A stretch of DNA of 64,000 nt, taken from the NCBI GenBank assembly GCA_015680685.1, contig MNCI01003059.1, positions 247,043-311,042 of the forward strand, read 5' to 3'. The translations under genes were made by a program, and so were the position numbers. The notes under the pieces are model-generated. The model saw nothing but the letters and a program-made list of their open reading frames with translations. It did not search any database and was not told where the DNA came from. Shown one piece after another: positions 1 through 14,800 of this stretch (position 1 is its first letter; each line of letters starts with the position of its first letter). The DNA comes from Gnetum montanum (taxonomy: Eukaryota > Plantae > Gnetophyta).

Positions 1-449
1 ACTTTATATTTCTGTTATTAGCACACATAGTACGATCACTTTGAGCATGCATGTAACACTTGGTAACCTAGTAATAATTAGCACTTAGTAATCCCAATAG
101 TGTTACGTTGGTTCAGGATGTGTACTGCAAGTGAGAATAGATACTAGTGTTAGGATTAGTTTAAAGCCTAGTTAATTAGTAGTTAAGTTAAATTAGTCAC
201 TTAATTTTCTCTCTCTCTTCTCCCTTATTAGCATAAGACATAAAAACATAAAAGATATAAAAATCATATGTCTTAAGCTTACTAACCATACAATTGTGAC
301 ATACAAGTAAGTTTGGGAAGACAACGATCAACCAACCTATCCTTGTTCCACAAAGGCACATAGGCACTTAGTCCTTGGAATTTGACCAGATCGTGTGTGA
401 AACGCTTGTATTCGTATGGTTAAGCGTAGGGGTACCTCGCTGCTCATCA
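1..449 (+). mobile_element. 3' part of an Athila-like Ty3/gypsy LTR (cut by the window edge)
   Basis: Ends ...GTATGGTTAAGCGTAGGGGTACCTCGCTGCTCATCA, the terminus shared by the other LTR copies here. Confidence 0.8.
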
Positions 450-1475
450 CCAATGAATTGCCTTACTAGTTGTTGCATTGTCATAGTCTTGTGAGAGAGA
501 CATTGTTATGAATTGTGTGTAACTTATTTGCAATTACTTCTTTCTGAAAGATATATCATCAAGGCTTCATTACAACGATCTTGGATGATATAACTAATCT
601 ATATAACTAGCACCGTCCCCAGCAACAGTGCCAATGATGAGTGGTGAGGTACCCCTACACTCAACCATACGAATATGAGCATTCACGCACGATCTGATTG
701 AACTTCGCAGACGGAGTAGTTGTGGTATTTAGATTGTTACATGTTGATTGCAGTTCGTTGTCTTCCAACCTGAACTAGTATTTTCTTTATCACGTATGGT
801 TTAGTCCAGAGTGAGGTGTATGATGTGGTCCTAACTAGTGCTACTCCTAGCGACAATGGAAATAACTTTGTTTAAGCTAATAGGGAAAGGGTGAAGAGAG
901 TCTAAGCTAGCCTAAGTACGATGAGCATATGTCCCTTAATCATCCATACACATCTTGGACCTCGTGTACTACTATTGGGATTACCAAGCACATGTCCTAG
1001 GTATGCTACTAGGTTACCAAGTAGTCACACTTAAATGCTCATGATTAAGTCATAATCATTCCACGTTTAATAATAGGGATAGTAAATGAAGGGTCAGAAA
1101 TATTAATTAAGAAAAAAATAAATAATAATTAAGTAATTAAAACTAAGTGAAGGTTGTAATGATGAAGTAATCTCGATCTTTATTGTTGGTCATGTGCGTG
1201 TCCAAATATGTCACACTCGAATAAAGGTTCCATACAATTACAATCATCACACTGTGAGCATGCACTGGGGAAAGAGTTGAGATGAACTAAAAATGAACAA
1301 AAAAGACTCTATTCTAACACTAACTTACTCTCCTTTTCCTGTGCATCCAAATGTGGTATTTATAGGCTTACACAGGAACCACGATATCGCGTATCCGATA
1401 TCGTTAGCCATACGTGATATCGTGTACCTGATATCATGGGTCCGATATTGGAGCCTGACAAATCATGGTTCATCA
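450..1475 (-). mobile_element. Athila-like 5' LTR (635-1475) with tRNA-Asp-type PBS (~616-633) and leader
   Basis: TGATG...CATCA termini; minus strand reads CTCATCA-T-TGGCACTGTTGCTGGGGAC, a decayed TGGCGCCGTTGCCGGGGA; the leader resembles 31503-31650. Confidence 0.85.
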
Positions 1476-2253
1476 CCTATAAATATAGCATTAAGGTGCA
1501 TGGTAGAAGAAGTTTTTTTTTTTTTGGGGGGGGGGGGGGGGAACTTTAGTCAGTTTTTAGTTCTCAATTTTTTATAGTCAGTTTTAGTATTCTTTCCAAG
1601 TGCATGCCCATAGTGTGATGCTTGTAATTGTACGAAACCTTTGTTCAAGTGTGACATACTTGGACACACACACGATCGGCAATAAAGATCAAGATTACTC
1701 CATCATTGCAGCATTCACTTAGCTTTTAATTATTCTAATTTTTGATTATTTATTATTTGTTTCTTAATTAATATTTCTTTTATCATCATTTACTATTCCT
1801 ATTTTTAAGGCAGAATGAGTACGCCTTAATCATGAACGTTTAAGTGTCACTACATGGTAACCCAGTAGCGTATCGAGTAGTGCTTCAAGTGATGTATGCT
1901 TGGTAATCCCAGAAGTAGTACATGAAGTTCGATATGTATACAGATGATTAGGGATGGATGCTCATCGCACTTAGGCTAGCTTAGATCTTATTTCCTATTG
2001 CCCATTAGCTTAATTAAGTTATCTCTTATTGTCCTTAGGAGTAGCATAGTAGTAGGGATCACATCACACACCTCACTCTGGAATAAACCACATGTGACAA
2101 AGCAAATACTAGTCCAAGTGGGAAGATAGCGAACTGCGAGCAACGTATAATCGTCTAGGTGCCACAACTAATCCATCCATGAAGTTCGACCGGATCGCAT
2201 GTACACGCTCGTATTCATATTGTTGAGCATAGGGGGTACCTCACCACTCATCA
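1476..2253 (+). mobile_element. Athila-like LTR, TATA-R-U5 part (interrupted at its TATA box)
   Basis: Starts at CCTATAAATA, is collinear with solo LTR 9789-10757, and ends CCACTCATCA. Confidence 0.8.
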
Positions 2254-3311
2254 ATGGAGAATGTAGAATTTATGTGTGTGATTGTAATTTTGTAAGGCCA
2301 TGAACAAAACCTTCACATGGAGATCTATGATTTCAAGAAATGAGATCTACGGTGAGATGTCAAAATGAAGACTACGTAGACTAGATAAAAGCATAGATGG
2401 AAACGAAGTCTACCAATCAAGTGAAGATGCTCTGAAGACTATCGAGAAGCCGAGGGATCATAAAAATGCTTCATAACTCAAATTTATTCTAAAGAGTAGA
2501 TGTCTAGCAAAAATACCAAACGTTTATCTTTCAGAGTTGTTGTTTATGACAAGACATCTCACAATAAACATCTACAATTATAGGCATATGTCTCTCCTAC
2601 ATTGAAGGTTATCTCAAATAGACATTTAAAATTCAAAGTAGATGTCTATTCTAGCCATTTGGTAGCCGATGCACAAATTTTGAGGAGTTTTCGGAAACTC
2701 CAAGGCAATAAGACAATGTCAAAATCTTGGGATTTGTGCAAGCATTGCTCATAGAAAGATTCATCATTGGTTCTTTAATAAAATTAGTCATTGTTCCTCA
2801 TTGTATCATCAATTGTGTGTGTTGATTGAATTCAGCTTCAAGTTCAAGAATCTGTAAATTCAGTTACATTCTTTTCTTACACCTTTTCTTTCTTTCATTC
2901 TTGTAGCCCTATAGGGTTGATGTGCTTCTTGCAAGAAAACATCCTTGCTAAGCTTATTGGGATCTTGCGGGATTGAATGGTTTTGTAGCATCAAAACACT
3001 CTAGTGTAGAGCTTAATTTTGTAAAGGTTGTGACATCCTCTAAATCACATTTTGAGCTTATCGAGACCTTGTGGGATTGAGTAGTTTCATAGCAATGAAA
3101 CACTCTAGAGGGGAGCTCAAATCTTGTATAGGGTGTGGTGCCCTTCAAATCACATTTTGAAGAAACAAAATCTAGAGGTGTGCATGAATTCTACCCTCCA
3201 AGCTTAAATGTACCCAAGTTGGGGAACCATGTAAAATTGATGTTTTTTTGTGGCTAGAGCAATTTTATTTGGGGAACTTATTCAACCCCCCTTCTAAGTT
3301 CTTGATCCTCA
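2254..3311 (+). mobile_element. LTR remnant of a second family (SIRE/Maximus copia-like)
   Basis: Ends TTATTCAACCCCCCTTCTAAG...GATCCTCA, resembling SIRE U5 termini; no coding sequence. Confidence 0.5.
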
Positions 3312-4639
3312 AAAATATCTTTTGTACTATTTCAATCATCACCTAATTTTTAGCACTAAGACATTTCTAAGTTATGCATCGATATAATACAATAGGATAA
3401 ATAACTCTTTAAAATACTTTTTTGTTAACCTTCCAAGCCTAATCTCTTAATGCTTTGCATTTTTTTTAATTACATCATGAGATTTGTTCTTCTTGCTATT
3501 TTTTCCTTAAGATATTTATCAACAATTAGGTGTTAGCCCTATGGTAAGACTCTTAAGTTGAAAACTTCAAGCCATGGGTATGATTGTGGTAGGTAATGCT
3601 AAGTTATAAAGTTCTAATTAAACTATATATCTTAGGGTGTACCTATACTATAATTATTTTGGGGCTCTAACACCCCCTTTGATGTATTTATTTCATTTAT
3701 AATTATTCATATATTGAAGCCGAGAGTATCTAAAAAAATCCAAATTATTCATTTATAATTATTCATATAATTTGATTTCCAAATTTAAAATTATATTATG
3801 TGTTTCTCATTATCCATATCATCAGTTTAGTTTCCTTTACATTAACTTGTAATCTAGAAGCAATACAAATTTTTTCTAAAATTTGCAACATACTACCCAT
3901 AGTTTTTTTAAAACTAGATATCAAAGTAGCATCATTTGCATAATGAAGTAGGTTCACCACTTAAGAATCTATTTTTACAACATGTCTATGATGTCCATTG
4001 TACATCTAATTCGACAATTCATCAATGAAAAGACCAAAGAGATTTGGGAATAAAGGACAACATTGCTTTACCCCAATTTTACTTTATAATTTAAAGTTAT
4101 TTTTTGTGACTCATTACCATTGAGCTCAATGATAACTATTTCATAAAACTTTTGACCCATTACTATGAGTTCCATAAGAAGGCCTATTTAATTTAGTCAT
4201 AGCCATAACTTTTTCTAACTAGCTAAATCATAACCTTTTGTAATTTCTATAAATTAAACAAATAAATAATTTTTAAGCTTATTTTCAAGCTTTATTCATG
4301 CCTAAGAGTAATAAGATTATCAACAATAAAATGGTTTTATCTAAAAGCTACATTAGAAATTATCCTTTTTTATTTCTATCTAAATACTTATTTTTTAAAA
4401 GAATAGTACCTACTAGCATAGCAAAAATACTACTTACAACTATCATTTGATGGTTGTTTAGATTTTTTTTGTTACCTTTCTTATCAAGAAGCATTTCCTT
4501 AGTAATCCTCCATTGTTAAACCAAGCCATTATCAATAACAACATTTAATCTTTTTCAAATTACTATGTGAATAAACATTCCAAGCCTGAATATGAAGGAA
4601 CAAGGATTAGCATTAGGTTGACAATCACTTATAAAACCA

Positions 4640-5410
4640 TGTAAAATCTCATGGATGAATTCTAAGATAGAATATGTGAAATGAAATTTCAATAATAACA
4701 CAAACATTGATGAAATAGAAGTGATGATTTAAGGCCAAAAAGTTCCTCGTTGCAAATAATTCCACTACCTAGGATCAATGTTCCAATCAAATGGTGAACT
4801 TGATAAAGATATAAGAAAGAGACTTAAGATATAATGGTTATAATGGAAAGAGAATTAAGATATAATGGTTATAATGGAGATAGTCTAGTGTTATTCTATG
4901 TGTTAACAAAATACTAATAAAACTAAAGGAAAAATTGTATGGTGTTCAATGTTAGGTAGGACAAAATACACATGACTAAGAAATTAGTGTGGCAAAAATG
5001 AGAATGCTTAGATGAATGCTAAATGTTACTAGAAGAGATAAACTACACAATATAAACATTAGAAGAAGACTTGGAGAAACTTCTATTTTAAATAAGTTTC
5101 AAGAATGATGACTCATATGGTTTGGATATGTGCAAATACGATTAGACAATGAGCCTATAAAAAAAGACTTCTACATCACTATTCCAAGAAAGCCACCAAA
5201 AGAAAGACCAAAAAAGAAATGGAAAAAACATTTGAAGATGATTTAAAGAAATTGCAAATAAACAAAGATTGAGCTCTTCATATAAGCAAATAAACAAAGA
5301 AGACATATTAGGATAAGGCCATCAAGCTTACTTAAATGAATTTCAACCATATTAAAATTACCTTCAAATTGGCTAATGCCATTTTATTAAAATAAGGCTA
5401 GGATGATGAT
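4640..5410 (+). mobile_element. Degraded 3' end of an RTE-clade LINE
   Basis: Decayed RTE motifs: FHYLGSMFQSNGELDKDI, ISVAKMRMLR*MLNVTRRDK, WFGYVQ, RPKKKW; GATGATGAT tail near 5401. Confidence 0.8.
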
Positions 5411-5816
5411 GATTTAAATCACATTTAGGAATCTAAAGAATTTTTTATAAAGATAAACAATATTTCCAAACCTGTACTTGGCCTTATAAATTATTTTAAC
5501 CATAAATATTACATAGTTCAAAGTCACCTTTATTACTTTAATAGCAACCCATATAACTCTAAAAATATCATTAGAGCTCGAATTTAAAATTTTCCAACGT
5601 AACTGTCATAAACTAGCATAGTAACATATTTTTTATTAACTTGATAATCAACTAAAAAAGTGATGCAACTTTTTAAAATGAGTTTTATAATAAAATTAAT
5701 ATCACACATTGAAATATTTATTCTATGAATGAAAAGAAAAACTAGAAATAAATGTTATTTTAGAACATTGATAATCTTCAATTACGATCTATTACAAAGG
5801 TTTGAACATTCCATGA

Positions 5817-8800
5817 TGATGAATGATAGAGTAGATCCTACGTTCAACCATATAGATCACAAGCGTTCACATGCAACCTATTTAAATTTCGTGGAATGGA
5901 CTAGCATGGTTAATAAGATAGCATGGTCACTATCTTCCCAATCACACTTGGGTGGACTAAGATGTATGGTAAGTATGAATGAGGTGTATGCTATTGATGT
6001 TGAGGTAACCACATCGAAATATTTTAAAAATTATTAAAATAGTAAAAAATAACAAATTAATTTCTCTAATTTATTATGCAATCAAGTAAATCCTAAACTA
6101 GCCTAAGATGATGAGTGTTTAATCCTAGTCTACCATACACATCCTCAACCCATGCACTCACTGTTGGAGTTATCCAGTGTTATGTTGTTGGGTGAATCAA
6201 GTGATAGCACTACTAGGATTACCAAATAAAGACACATCTACACTTCAAAATGATGCCATTGACACATATGGAAAAGTAAATATTATGGTAAAATCATTAA
6301 AAAATTAAATAGAAATTAAGAAAATTATTAAACTATGTCAAGTGTTGCAGTGAAGGTAAATAGATATCAATCTTATTACCCTCATGAAAAAGTGTTCAGG
6401 TATAACATTACTCGAATATGATTCTTGACAATCCACTTAGTTTATGTTATAGGCACTCGACGATAAATTTTGACTTTCATGAAAAGAAATTGCAAGGGCT
6501 TTGATATACTATGACCAAAATGGTGCATTCAATATGGTAGGTTGTAAATATTTAAATATTTTGCTACCCCTGACTACATTATATAAAAGCCTACAATGTT
6601 GCAAATGCAACATCGTAGCTATAATATCATAGGCCATAGAAAATGCTTCATCATACCCTTACAACTGACTAAAAATGCACCCTCGAAGTAGATAAAATTA
6701 GGATACAGTTTTATTACAAAATTGTGGAGGTGACTCAATTGATTTATTGACTCACCAACTATCTAACTTGAGTGTCATATTACATTTGAGTGATTTATAA
6801 AATGTTGAAAGATTAAACATATATCAAAAGATTATTAAATTTTGTAGATTTCTGGAAATCTAAACATTGTATCTTTATGTTATCCTTGGTGGTGATGGCT
6901 TCTGTAATGGATTGGCAACTTGATCCTTCAAATGGAAATGATTGAAGATAATCTGATACTTCTTAACATTCATTCATGGATCATCAATAGTCTAAATAAT
7001 AAATGATTTCCATTCAACATTGAATGCTTTCACTCTTTTCTTAAACACATGGTACTTTGTCATTCTTCTAATTAGATTCTTTGCAAAATCATGTTATCCA
7101 GTGTATTGAGTTTAAAGAACCTTTAGCTCTACCTATGCAATTTGCAACTTATCTTCTTTTCATAGTGTAATTTTCCACCTCATTTCTAGGACGACAACTA
7201 CTAACATGGCAAGATTAATATACCTGAGATTAGCAAGCTCCATGCATTGTGTCAATTTTTCTATTCGCAAGTCCTTGGTTTTAGTCTTTGCCTTGTGAAT
7301 TACCATTAAACCATCAAAAATGCTTTTCTAGGTAACATTAGTTATTTGCTATAAATCAACATTGGTGTAAACCTTAGTTACCCTAATCTCCTTCTCATTG
7401 ATTTTATTTTAAAGGTCCATCTACTCCCTATAATGCATTTGAAAATATCTTATTGAGCAGCCTTATTATCCTAGGTTCAAATTTCAATTACAAACCTCTG
7501 TTGCAATGGATGGACTTCTACCATGGATAGGTTTTTATTCTCTTATGCTAACCTTTTGATATCCACATCTGCCTTTATAAATCATTCACAAAGGTGGCTT
7601 AACTAATTCTCCAACTATTCCTTTTCCTTAACCACTTGGGCCAACCTTTAGTTTTCTACTGTCAAACCCTTTTCTTCTTCCTTCAATGTGGTAATGTTCT
7701 TTTGTAAGGTATAGGCTTTAGCATTAGTAGTGAAAGCATCCTATGTAGCCTTCTCTCATTGAATCTCTAACTATTATTGTTTGGCAATTAAACATTAGAG
7801 TTCCTTAGTTCCAAAGTAGCTAAGCAACTCTAATGCTATGAACTATGTTGAATCTTATAGCTGAGCACATAGTTGGGCCACCTCATCTTGAAAGTGTTGA
7901 TTTTTGTACTCTACATGCTACATTTGAGTTTTGACAAGTACCAACTTTTCCATAGCCAATGATAATCCCATCAGTAGTGCATCTTCAAGCATGGGTCACA
8001 TGTCTTTCTAGTGGTACCCCAGAATATTTTTACAAAGGTTGATTAATTAACTATTTTATTATTCTTACCAGACAACTAATTTCAGGTATGTATCACATGT
8101 CTTTCTAGTGATATAGTAAGGTAACAAAATTTAGCAAGGACATGCTTCCACCACAATTAAAACATAAGTACTAACATGATCACAAGGAGACTTGGGATCC
8201 ATAGATGAATTTCAAAGAAGCAACAAATCCCTTAATATCACACTCTTTTCCAACCCTCTTGGTCCTTTCCCTTTCCTTGAAGATGTAATGATCATGGATT
8301 ACTTTTAATTTGATATGATAAGAACCACATTACTTCCATGATAAGGACCTCTTATTTATAAAAATTTAAGGTATGGATGGTGTGGTCTCACTACTTTTAT
8401 ATAATTATGTGTCCAACATATGGAAAACAATTTTTATTAAAAAAAAATAGTGGAAATGATTCTAAGATAATATAAAATAACTCAAAGAATGTGAAATTTT
8501 ATAAGAAATCAAAAATATAAAAGACGACATAAAATAAAAAAGGTAAAAAAATTGGTACTTACAAGATATTAATTGGATTTTGTATCTCCTTCACAACTAA
8601 GATAGAAGGTAGAGATACAAAAAATGGAATGGACCTTGGAAGTGATAGAGGTTTCATTGGAATAAATGGCTACTTAGGAGTTTTTAAATGGCTTGATTTG
8701 TTGGATGTTAACTAAAATGAGTTTATATGGGCAATTTGAATGGTATATTTGCATGGCACTAAATGTAAAGATAGAATGTATGGTATAGAGTCATTTCCAT

Positions 8801-11800
8801 AATGTTTGGAGTTTAATACATTGAGGTATATGAGTGGGATTCAATAAAGAATCTTATCTCCTTATTGAAATTCTACTCATCTAATCATAGTGTCATAACA
8901 TCATTTAGTGTATGCCTTATGCACTTCGTTCATCATTAGTGCTATTCTTTGGTTTTCATCTAGGACATTAAGATTCATCAAATGTTTTTGGTATGCTATG
9001 CTAATGTTAAGATCGAGCTCACAAGCTATGTTTAGTGTATGTAGCTTGATTTAAATGGGAAGTTTCAATAGCTTACAATCCACTAGTTCATAAGGAGAGT
9101 ATTAAGGCATCACTGAGTTTTATGCTCCAATCTCTCCTATATTTGCTAATCATCCTAGTGAAAATTTGTATGATCTCCATGTACGTCACATTGGCTTGAC
9201 CATTGACTTGGGGATGGTAAAGTGTGGTAGGTTTGTATTCTACCCCCAAGTGTCTCATTAGCTTTTTTAAGTTAGCACCCATAAAATGGATACCATTACT
9301 AGAAATGAATGCCCTTGGTATACCAAATCTATTTACCACCTATTATAGAAAAAGCTGGGTTGCTATTATTATGCTATAATCTATTACTACTATGACCTTT
9401 GTCCATTACAACAACAATGATGTAGAACTTCCCCTTTGACATGGGTGTGATGGAACCCATGAAATCAATTACCTATAAGTAAAATAGCTCCAATGGTTGG
9501 ATTCTCTATTAACAACCCTCAAGCCTTATAATCATCCCAATATCACATTGACATCTCCCATAGAAATTGGCAAAGTGATGTACATCCCTAAAGATTATTG
9601 GCCAAAGGTATCTTTCCATGAAGATTTTAATGGTTGTCCATCTCCCAGTATAATAGCCTCCACAAGGTCCCTTGGAAGCATCTTAGAGAATTCTGAATTG
9701 TTCTTCTTCTAGAACACACCATTGCACCAAGTCATTTGTCCAAATTTTATAATTATTTCCTTCTATCTCCATCTCATGTTTAACCTAGTGATGAGACATG
9801 AAATTGCTCATATTGCTGACAGTCGCGTTAAGGCACCCACGTTATATCATGGGCCGCGATATCGCAGTCAGCCACAATTTCTATAAATAAGAGGCGGCTC
9901 TCCCTCATTTTCATCCCAGTTTTAGAGTAGCGAAGCTCTGGCAGTTTGATCCCTCCGAAGTTAGAATTTTTCCCGTGTCTGCCCGCAGTGTGGTGAATGT
10001 GATTGTACGGTGTCTTTATTCGAGCGTGCCGTACTTGGACATGCACATGATCGGCAATAAAGATCGAGATTACTTCATCATTGCAGCATTCACTTAGTTT
10101 ATTTAATTGTTATTTATTTAATGTTATTTATTGCTTTCATAGCACGGTGTGAGTACGACTTAACTACGAGCATCTACGGGTGTGTATGGCTAGTGAAGGA
10201 ATCGGTTGCTCATCGCGATTAGTCTCTCACCCTTAAACTCCTAGAACGCAGAACAAGTATGACTTGATTACGAGCATTTAAGTGTGACTGCTTGGTAGCC
10301 CAGTGGTGTAGCTAGGGGGATCTACGCTTGGTAACCGAGTGGCATATTTGGGGTCTACGCTTGGTAATCCTAGTGGCGTACCTAGGCCTATGCTTGGTAG
10401 TCCCAGTGGCAGTCGTGCACGAGGTCCAAGATGTGTACGGTTGATCAAGGAATCGGTTGCTCGTCGCACTTAGGCTAGATTAGATTCTCTTACCCTTTTC
10501 CTCTTAGCTTAGATTTAGTTAAATATTATTTTCCACTGCCATCAGGAGTAGCATTAGAATTAGAACACATCATACGCCTCATCTAGACTAAACCATACGT
10601 GACATATGCAAAACTAGTCTAGGTGGGAAGACAGCGAACTGTGACCTAAGGCTAACTATCTAGGTGCCACAACTAGTCCATCTGCGGAGTTCGACCGGAT
10701 CGCGCGTGCGACGCTCGTTTCGTATGGTTGAGTGTAGGGGTACCTCGCCACTCATCACCTAGTATAGAAATTATTGTTTCTTTCACTTGCCTATTCATTA
10801 GGGACTTTTTGTTTGAGTAGATAGGTGAGATAATTAGCATACCAGGGCTTGATTGTATTAGATGTAAGTATTACTAACTTTGTAAAAGAAGAGCTCATCA
10901 AAAAATTAGTTGGAAATTAGCTCTTCATCAACCTTGTTGTTCCATCGTAAACAAAATAAATGATTAGCCACAACATTATTAACCCCCTTTCTATTAATGA
11001 TCATGATGTCAAACTTCTATAAAATTACTGGCCATCATATGATATGAGGATTAACCATTGGCTTTTTCATTAAGAACTAGATCACACTATGATTTGTGTG
11101 CATAAAAAATGAATATATAAGTACATAGTACCTGAATTTCTATAAGGCATACACCATAACCATGAGTTCCTTTTTTGTGATGATGTAGTTTAGTTTTGCA
11201 TTGGTAATACTTATGCTTGCACAATGAATGTAATATGGTCATTTTTGATCATCCAACTATGTAAGAATGGCTTCCAAGGCAAAGTTAAATGCATCTATCA
11301 TAATGTGGAATGACTTTGACCAGTCAAGATCTTATAGAATTAGAGTCTACATAAGCATGAATTTTCAAAGTTTAAATGTATGATCACACTCTTTGGTACA
11401 CTTAACTGGTACATTCTTTTTGTTAATTCTACTAGTGATTTAGTGATTTTGAAAAAGTTCTTTATGAACCTCCTATAGTAACATATGTGTCTACTGAAAG
11501 ATCTAACATCTTCCATGTTTGTTGTTTCTATGTGAATCCTTGGATTACTCTTATATTTTTACAATCCACCTCTATTCCTTTCTCTAATACCTGATGTATA
11601 ATAATAATTCCTTCCTAGATCATTAGATGGCTTTTCTACTAGTTCATCTTGAGATTAGTTTTCATACATTGTTTTAATACCTACCCCAAATGGTATAGTG
11701 CCTCTTGAAAGTTAGAACTATAGGTGGAAAAGTCACCACTATGACTTTCATACCATTATCAATATGCAACTCGAAGATATTAAGGACAGGGCATTGGAAT

Positions 11801-14800
11801 GTTATAGGAGTATTACATAGATTAAAGGGCATCTTTTTGTAGGTGAAAGTCATTGGGGACTTGTAAATGTAGTTTTGACCTAATCTTCTAGGGCAATCTA
11901 AATTTGATTATATCCATTGTAGCCATCTAGGAAGTTGTAATACTTATGGCCTACAATGGTATCTAACACTTGGTCTATAAATGATAATGGAAAATGATCT
12001 TTGAAGGTTTTCATGTTCAACAACTTAAAATTAATACAAGTTCTCCACTATTCATCTTTTTTTAGTACAATAATGAGTGGAATTATCCACTCGTTGTCTA
12101 CTACAGGGTAGATGAATTCAACTTTTAGGAGCTTCACAACCTCAATTTTGATAACTTACTTTAACTTTGGATTCAACCTCTACTATGGTTATCTGTTGAG
12201 CTTAATGGCTAGATTAGTGTAGATTTTGTGTTGGCATATGCAAGGATCACTGTACACTATTTTATCATGTGACCAGATAAAGGTTGTTGGCCATTTTTTT
12301 ACAATCACCAATAACTTCTATTTCAGTTCCCTTGTGAGTTAGACATTCAGAATTACTAGTTTATGATTTTTCAAGAATAGACACTTGAGAGATTTTGGTA
12401 ATGCTCTAAGTTCAATGGACTTTGATTTAGTTTTTTCAAGAAATTTCAACTTTCCCCAATCCAAATCTACTTTTTATTATTTTCTACATGTGAAATTTGA
12501 CATCTCAATTGTTCCATTTCATCCAATTTATCGATATAAGTACTTGTGAGGGCTTCTTAAGATTCCATGCATAAAGTGGAATTGCAACTTTCATCTATGA
12601 TCAACCACAAGGTGTCTATTTGTTTGATGGCTACTACATATAGGCATTTTTCACACTCATTTATTCTTCATATTATTTACTTACTATGATGGTTTTGTGT
12701 CTAATTGCTTAAATTTTCTACATATAATTGCACCTTATATTACTGTATGTGATGCATGAGACATGCTTCTTCTCTACAACTCCATGTTCATTTTTCTTAA
12801 AAATTTCCAAGGATAGATATCTAATCTCAAGCTCAGTATGAATTGTACTTAGCCAAGCCATTTCCATGATGATGAAAAATTCCCTATTGTTGTTGTTAAT
12901 ATGGATCACTAGGAAATCAGTAGGGTATGATCATTCACTAATGGTGGTAACAATATCTTTAACTAATCCTAAGAGAACAATGATAGACTAATCAACAAGC
13001 TCTATCTTTAACAAGTTATAGGCTTTGTGCATTTCTTGTAAGATTAAGTTAACTCTAGAACTTGAATCTAGTAGAGCCCTATAGGAAGCATTTTCTATAA
13101 TCTGTAGGTTAATTAGGATACTTCCCATATTAGTTCTCTTCTTGAGAAGATTACCTACCTTAATCCAATTAGTAACTACATAGGTTAACATAATAGTTTG
13201 TACATTGATTGTGCTTTAGTTTGAAGGTGGCCTGAAATGCATCTAGGAGGGTATCAATATAGGGCTCACATCCATAGATTCTTGCATAGGTTTGGGTGGA
13301 CTAGCAAGTCTAAATAATGGATGTTTTTGAGGCTTTCACTTAAAATCACTTAAATTGTGATCCAGTTGTATATTTATAGCTCTTGTAGCATTCTATTGTT
13401 ATGGCTGTAGAGGTATTTCATCTTGCATGGGTGGAGCAAGTGGTAAGGAATTAGGAGCATGTAGTTAATAGTGTTGGTGATGGTAAGGAACATATGAAGA
13501 AGATTCAACCTATGGAGTAGCAAGTTAGTGGTACTTAGAAGGGTAGTAGTGATGAGCAAATAAACGAGTGATGGAGCTACTTGGGAACACAAGTTGTTGG
13601 ACATAGTAGCCATAAGGATCAAGCTATCTATAGGGATACTACTCCCTTAGTGGTGGCATCCCTCATGAGTGTGGGTTTTGGCACTGTTGATAATACTCCT
13701 AAAGTTGAGATGGAGCTCCACTAAAATAGTATTGTTGTGGTTGGTAGGGTTTTCTATAGTTTCCTTAAGGGTAAGACAACCTCTTAGGCATTTGTCTCTT
13801 GCTAAATTTTGGATTTAAGGCATCAAACCTAAACTCTTGAAGTTGTGATAAAATTAGACAACATCCTTTGGGATGCTCATATTGATGCACATCATATTTT
13901 TCTTAATTTGAATATGAGTTTATAATCTTCTCCACTATAGTTGCTTTTCCCTTTTGTTGGTAGTAACCCTTCCCTGCATCTTTCTTCTTCCTTTTATTCT
14001 TATCGCTGGTTCTACCATGCTCTGTATTTTTCTCCATGATTTTCAATATTGTTTGAAACTTTCCAACAATTGAATCCCAAATTTTATCAACCTTGGTTGA
14101 AATTTTAGTGATTGATTTCTAAATTGGTAAAATTTTTCTTCGTACCACTTTTTCTAATGGTGCTTCCACTTCTAGTTCACAAAGATGAAACTCCTTTTTA
14201 AATAGAGAGGGATCCCTATTATACTTCTATGTACTTTCTTTTTCTTAAGTTCTCCTTCCTCCTTTTTAACTTGATCAATTAGTCTTTGAATTCAACAGAA
14301 ACTCATTTCTAAAAGTCTTCCTTGGGCATAATCCACAAGAGTCTTTTTTTTTTTCTGAGTCCATATATAATATGATGCAATTATTCCTTTTGAGAGAAGC
14401 CATGGCCTAGGAACTCATTTAATAGTGACTAATACCTACCCAAAGCTACATCAAGGGACTCATCCTTTTCTTATCTCCATTATTAAATTTTCTTTCTTAG
14501 GTTGGACACTCTAGAATACATTTGATATCTATCATTGAACATTTTTAACATCATACACCACCTTCTAATTGATTCCAAGTCCAATAACTAGTACCAACTT
14601 TTTGCTTCCTTGATGAGTGTCCTAGGGAACAATTTCAAAATTTATCATTTGTTATCTACCTTTTGTAAGACATGCAGCATGGAAGGCTTGTAAATGGTGT
14701 TGTAAATAAACATTGTTGCTTCACTTAAACCTTGGGATGTTGTTCATGTTTAACCATTTGATCTAGCTATCCCTCTTATGCCTGGTAGAAATATAGAATA

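Noticed and set aside
10285-10415. CRISPR-like repeat-spacer array
   Set aside because: Only 2-4 imperfect units; the spacers are related to each other; it lies inside eukaryotic LTRs; no cas genes.
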